Source of the DNA: a bacterium UBP13_UBA5359
GTDB taxonomy: Bacteria; UBP13; UBA5359
Assembly (NCBI GenBank): GCA_002410925.1
Contig: DHPR01000033.1
Span: 268,397-332,396, forward strand
Direction: 5' to 3'
Length of the DNA stretch: 64,000 nt
The notes beneath the pieces were generated by a model. It was not told the origin of the DNA, made no database searches, and saw nothing but the letters and a program-made list of their open reading frames with translations. Made by a program: the position numbers and the translations under genes. Below are positions 60,765 through 64,000 of the stretch, one piece after another (within the stretch, counting starts at the first letter, position 1; every line of letters starts with the position of its first letter).

Positions 60765-61427
60765 TCAATCCCAGCTAACCGCCTTAACCCCTTCTATATC
60801 TCTTATTATAGATTTAATATCATCGAAGGTGAACTCAGACGGTATACTCAGCAGCAAATTCATGATCAGAGTCTCATTTTCCTCACCTTGAGAGATATCT
60901 ACACTACGGATATTTACCCCTATTTCTCCCAGCTTGGTACCGACTATACCAAGCTGCCCGGGACGATCTACCATGGTTAGTGTGAAAAGACGACGGCGGT
61001 CACGAGGCACAAAGAGGCTCTCGAATCTGGCCAGCAGTATCAGTGCGGATAAAACTATAAGCGTAGCATAAATCGCTATACGAAAGAAGGCTCCGCCTAT
61101 TCCCACTGACAGACCTATGCCGGCTGCAGCCCACAGACTGGCTGCCGTGGTCAAACCTTTAGTGGCACTGCCGGAACGAAAAATAGTGCCCGCCCCCAAG
61201 AAACCTATGCCGGTTACCACCTGAGCTGCAATTCTGGCCGGATCCATATTCGGCCCGTTGAAACCAAGCGAAACTATCATATATAAAGCTGCTCCCACAC
61301 TAACCAGGACATGTGTCCTGAAACCTGCCGGTTTATCATGCATTTCTCGCTCCAGGCCGATCAGTCCTCCCAAAACAACGGCCATCAGCAAACGTATGAT
61401 CACTGATAGGTCAGATGGTACAAACAA
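60765..61427 (-). CDS. MgtC/SapB family membrane protein with a C-terminal ACT-like domain
   Basis: GGLIGLERE...AGFRTH, DPARIAAQVVTGIGFLGAG, GLTTAASLW; GGAGG RBS before TTG 61427. Confidence 0.92.
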   Translation of the reverse strand: MFVPSDLSVIIRLLMAVVLGGLIGLEREMHDKPAGFRTHVLVSVGAALYMIVSLGFNGPNMDPARIAAQVVTGIGFLGAGTIFRSGSATKGLTTAASLWAAAGIGLSVGIGGAFFRIAIYATLIVLSALILLARFESLFVPRDRRRLFTLTMVDRPGQLGIVGTKLGEIGVNIRSVDISQGEENETLIMNLLLSIPSEFTFDDIKSIIRDIEGVKAVSWD

Positions 61428-63138
61428 AAGCGTCCCCTCCCAATATGGACTTGATCTCCATGGCTGCATCTGCCAGATAGACCTTCTTCTCCTCATTGCT
61501 TCGGCGGCACTTTATCTCTACCTGCTTGCTTTCCAAAGATCGAGGTCCGATTATCGCTCTGACAGGCAATCCTATAAGATCCGCATCTTTGAATTTTACA
61601 CCCGGACGTTCATCTCTGTCATCGAGAATATACTCTATGCCGCCGCTGTCAAAAGTAGCACATAATTGCCGTACCATCTCTGCCTGCCTCTTATCACCAG
61701 GAGAGATCTGCACGATATAAACATGGTAAGGCGCTACTGAGGCAGGCCAGATAATGCCTTGCTCGTCATGATTCTGCTCAATAATGGCAGCTGCCAGACG
61801 ACTTATACCTATACCGTAGCACCCCATAATAATCGTCTGCTCGGTTCCGGTCTCATCAAGATAAGTAGCGTGCATGGCCTGAGTATACCTGGTACCCAGC
61901 TTAAAGATATGCCCTATCTCTATCCCCCGCTCCTCTACCAAAAATCCATTGCATTCAGGACAGGGGTCTCCTGATCCGGCTAATTTCACATCGCCAATTA
62001 TATCCGGCGAAAAATCTTTGCCCGTATTGGCATTTATAAAATGAGCATTAGCTTCATTGGCTCCGATAACGAAGTTGCGCATTTCGGCAACATCTGAATC
62101 TACGACAATAGTTGCTTTTTCCTCAAGCCCAACAGGCCCTGAAAAACCCACCGGAGCGCCGGTCAGCGCTTCTATTTCTTCCGGCTCAGCCAGAATCAAT
62201 TCACTGGAATTAAGCAGCCTTACCAGCTTAAATTCGTTGACTTCCCTATCTCCTCGTATCAAAACAGCAACCATTCTTCCTTCACCATTCCGATAGATAA
62301 GGGTCTTTACCATCCGCTCAGCCGGAAGGTTCAGAAAGTCTGTCAATTGGTTTATTGTCCTTATTTCTGGGGTCAGAACGGTTTCCATTTCCTTCTCCGG
62401 CTCATTCTCCCCCGTTGTTGTTCTGATCCTGGCAGCCTCACGATTAGCAGCATATTTACAGGTATTGCAGATAATAACAACATCTTCTCCAGCATCGGAA
62501 GGAGCCATGAATTCCATAGAATCCGTGCCGCCAATCATGCCCGGGTCGGCTTCGACGGCTAGAGTTTGCAACCCACAGCGTCTGAAGGCTGCATCGTAGG
62601 CCACATACATTTTATTATAACTCTCATCTAAACCTTTCCGATCACGATCAAAGGAGTACAAATCCTTCATTATAAACTCCCGCGATCTTATCACCCCCGA
62701 ACGGGGACGTAATTCGTCGCGGAACTTGGTCTGTATCTGATAAAGCATTAGCGGCAGTTGCCGATAGGAGCGAACTTCATGACGGACTAGATCGGTAACG
62801 ACCTCTTCATGAGTAGGCCCCAGGCAAAAATCTCGATCGTTCCTATCCTTCAAACGAATGATCTCTTTGCCTCCCTTGAGCCACCGCCCGGACTCCTGCC
62901 ACAGCTCCGCCGGCTGCAAGGCCGGCAAAAGTACCTCCTGTGCCCCTGTTGCATTCATCTCCTGGCGCACAATATTAGAGATCTTTTCCAAAGTTCTGTA
63001 TCCCAGCGGCAAAAAGGAATATACCCCTGCCGCCAGTTTTCTTATCAACCCTGCCCTGAGCATGAGCCGATGGCCGGGTGTTTCCGCCTCTGCCGGTATC
63101 TCTCTTAGAGTAGTCAGAAAGAGATTACTCATGCGCAT
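61411..63138 (-). CDS. proS: Proline--tRNA ligase (bacterial type with editing domain)
   Basis: LGPTHEE, QIQTKFRDE.RPR, REFIMKD, MGCYGIG. Confidence 0.98.
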   Translation of the reverse strand: MRMSNLFLTTLREIPAEAETPGHRLMLRAGLIRKLAAGVYSFLPLGYRTLEKISNIVRQEMNATGAQEVLLPALQPAELWQESGRWLKGGKEIIRLKDRNDRDFCLGPTHEEVVTDLVRHEVRSYRQLPLMLYQIQTKFRDELRPRSGVIRSREFIMKDLYSFDRDRKGLDESYNKMYVAYDAAFRRCGLQTLAVEADPGMIGGTDSMEFMAPSDAGEDVVIICNTCKYAANREAARIRTTTGENEPEKEMETVLTPEIRTINQLTDFLNLPAERMVKTLIYRNGEGRMVAVLIRGDREVNEFKLVRLLNSSELILAEPEEIEALTGAPVGFSGPVGLEEKATIVVDSDVAEMRNFVIGANEANAHFINANTGKDFSPDIIGDVKLAGSGDPCPECNGFLVEERGIEIGHIFKLGTRYTQAMHATYLDETGTEQTIIMGCYGIGISRLAAAIIEQNHDEQGIIWPASVAPYHVYIVQISPGDKRQAEMVRQLCATFDSGGIEYILDDRDERPGVKFKDADLIGLPVRAIIGPRSLESKQVEIKCRRSNEEKKVYLADAAMEIKSILGGDAFVCTI

Positions 63139-64000
63139 TTTTCTTTCCTCCCGCTTCCCGTTTCAATATATCATCTACTTCTGCCATGAGCGCCGGTATC
63201 AGAAGACGCTCCGGCAGCACTTTGAGCATCTTTCCACATCGAAAAAGCATACCGCGTCCACGCCCGCCGGCTATCCCCACATCAGCATCTCTGGCTTCAC
63301 CGGGCCCGTTTACAACGCATCCCATAACGGCTATTTTTATCGGTTTTGTAACACCGCTGAGACGATTCTCCACCTCCTGGGCCATGCCTATAACATCCAC
63401 TTCACAGCGGCCACAGGTTGGGCAGGAGATTATTATGGGACCTCGCTGGCGTATGCCCAGAGATTTCAATATCTCCCAGGCTGTTTTAACCTCTTCTTCC
63501 GGCTCAGCCGTCAGTGAAACGCGCAGAGTATCGCCCAGTCCTTTATAAAGCAGTATGCCTATGCCGATAGAAGACCTTATCGTTCCGGCCCAAGCACGCC
63601 CTGCCTCAGTTATACCTATATGAAAAGGATAATTCGTTCTTTCAGCCATCTTGGCATATGCGCCCACAGTCTTCTCTATATCAAAGGCCTTCAATGATAT
63701 GACAATATCTTCAAAGCCATTCTCCTCCAGCAGACGAACCTGCTCCCAGGCGCTCTCAACTATAGCTTCGCTTACAGCACCGCCATATCTCTCCACGATA
63801 TCCGGAGAGAGCGAGCCGGCATTGGCGCCGACTCTGATAGGCACGCCTCTGGCCTTGGCCTCACAAGCAATTTCCTTAACCTTGCCGGCATCGCTAATAT
63901 TGCCGGGATTAAGCCGCAGCTTGTCCACACCCTGCTTCAGCGCCTCCAGTGCCAGACGATAATCGAAATGTATATCGGCTATCAATGGCATACCGGCAGT
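63125..64000 (-). CDS. ispG: HMBPP synthase IspG (5' end outside the window)
   Basis: PLIADIHF, RLNPGN, GITEAG, SCPTCGR, AVMGCVVNGPGEA. Confidence 0.97.
   Translation of the reverse strand, partial: TAGMPLIADIHFDYRLALEALKQGVDKLRLNPGNISDAGKVKEIACEAKARGVPIRVGANAGSLSPDIVERYGGAVSEAIVESAWEQVRLLEENGFEDIVISLKAFDIEKTVGAYAKMAERTNYPFHIGITEAGRAWAGTIRSSIGIGILLYKGLGDTLRVSLTAEPEEEVKTAWEILKSLGIRQRGPIIISCPTCGRCEVDVIGMAQEVENRLSGVTKPIKIAVMGCVVNGPGEARDADVGIAGGRGRGMLFRCGKMLKVLPERLLIPALMAEVDDILKREAGGKKNAHE

Noticed and set aside
48958-63962. Numerous plus-strand ORFs of 60-220 aa
   Set aside because: Antisense shadows of well-supported minus-strand housekeeping genes.

Overview
A mostly core-genome window from an anaerobic, probably diderm bacterium, with one 136-nt N-gap. 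From left to right: a partial comM/yifB gene; a stress-gene-rich region (rubrerythrin, two RRM proteins, UspA, BON protein, GH94 phosphorylase, outer-membrane-like barrel, GT4) interleaved with fba and prfC; a decayed integrative islet at tRNA-Gln (att repeat, integrase scrap, IS relic, one cargo gene); an Opp ABC operon with an embedded M16 peptidase pair; secG-recN-nadK and a TPR protein; a C1/energy block (rnfCDGEAB, AMMECR1 fusion, split Pta, AcsE-like methyltransferase, nfnAB, folD, folE, fhs); rplM-rpsI; cell-wall hydrolases; htrA, sod, nitroreductase and a NusG paralog; rluB, dacA, paaK; and rimP-nusA-rnpM-infB, mgtC, proS, partial ispG. Three tRNAs are present. The strongest unannotated signal is a recurring SigB-like promoter (GTTTNN-N13/14-GGGTAN) upstream of eight genes, many stress-type, six of them in three back-to-back divergent pairs. 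All calls come from reading motifs by eye; no database searches were run.
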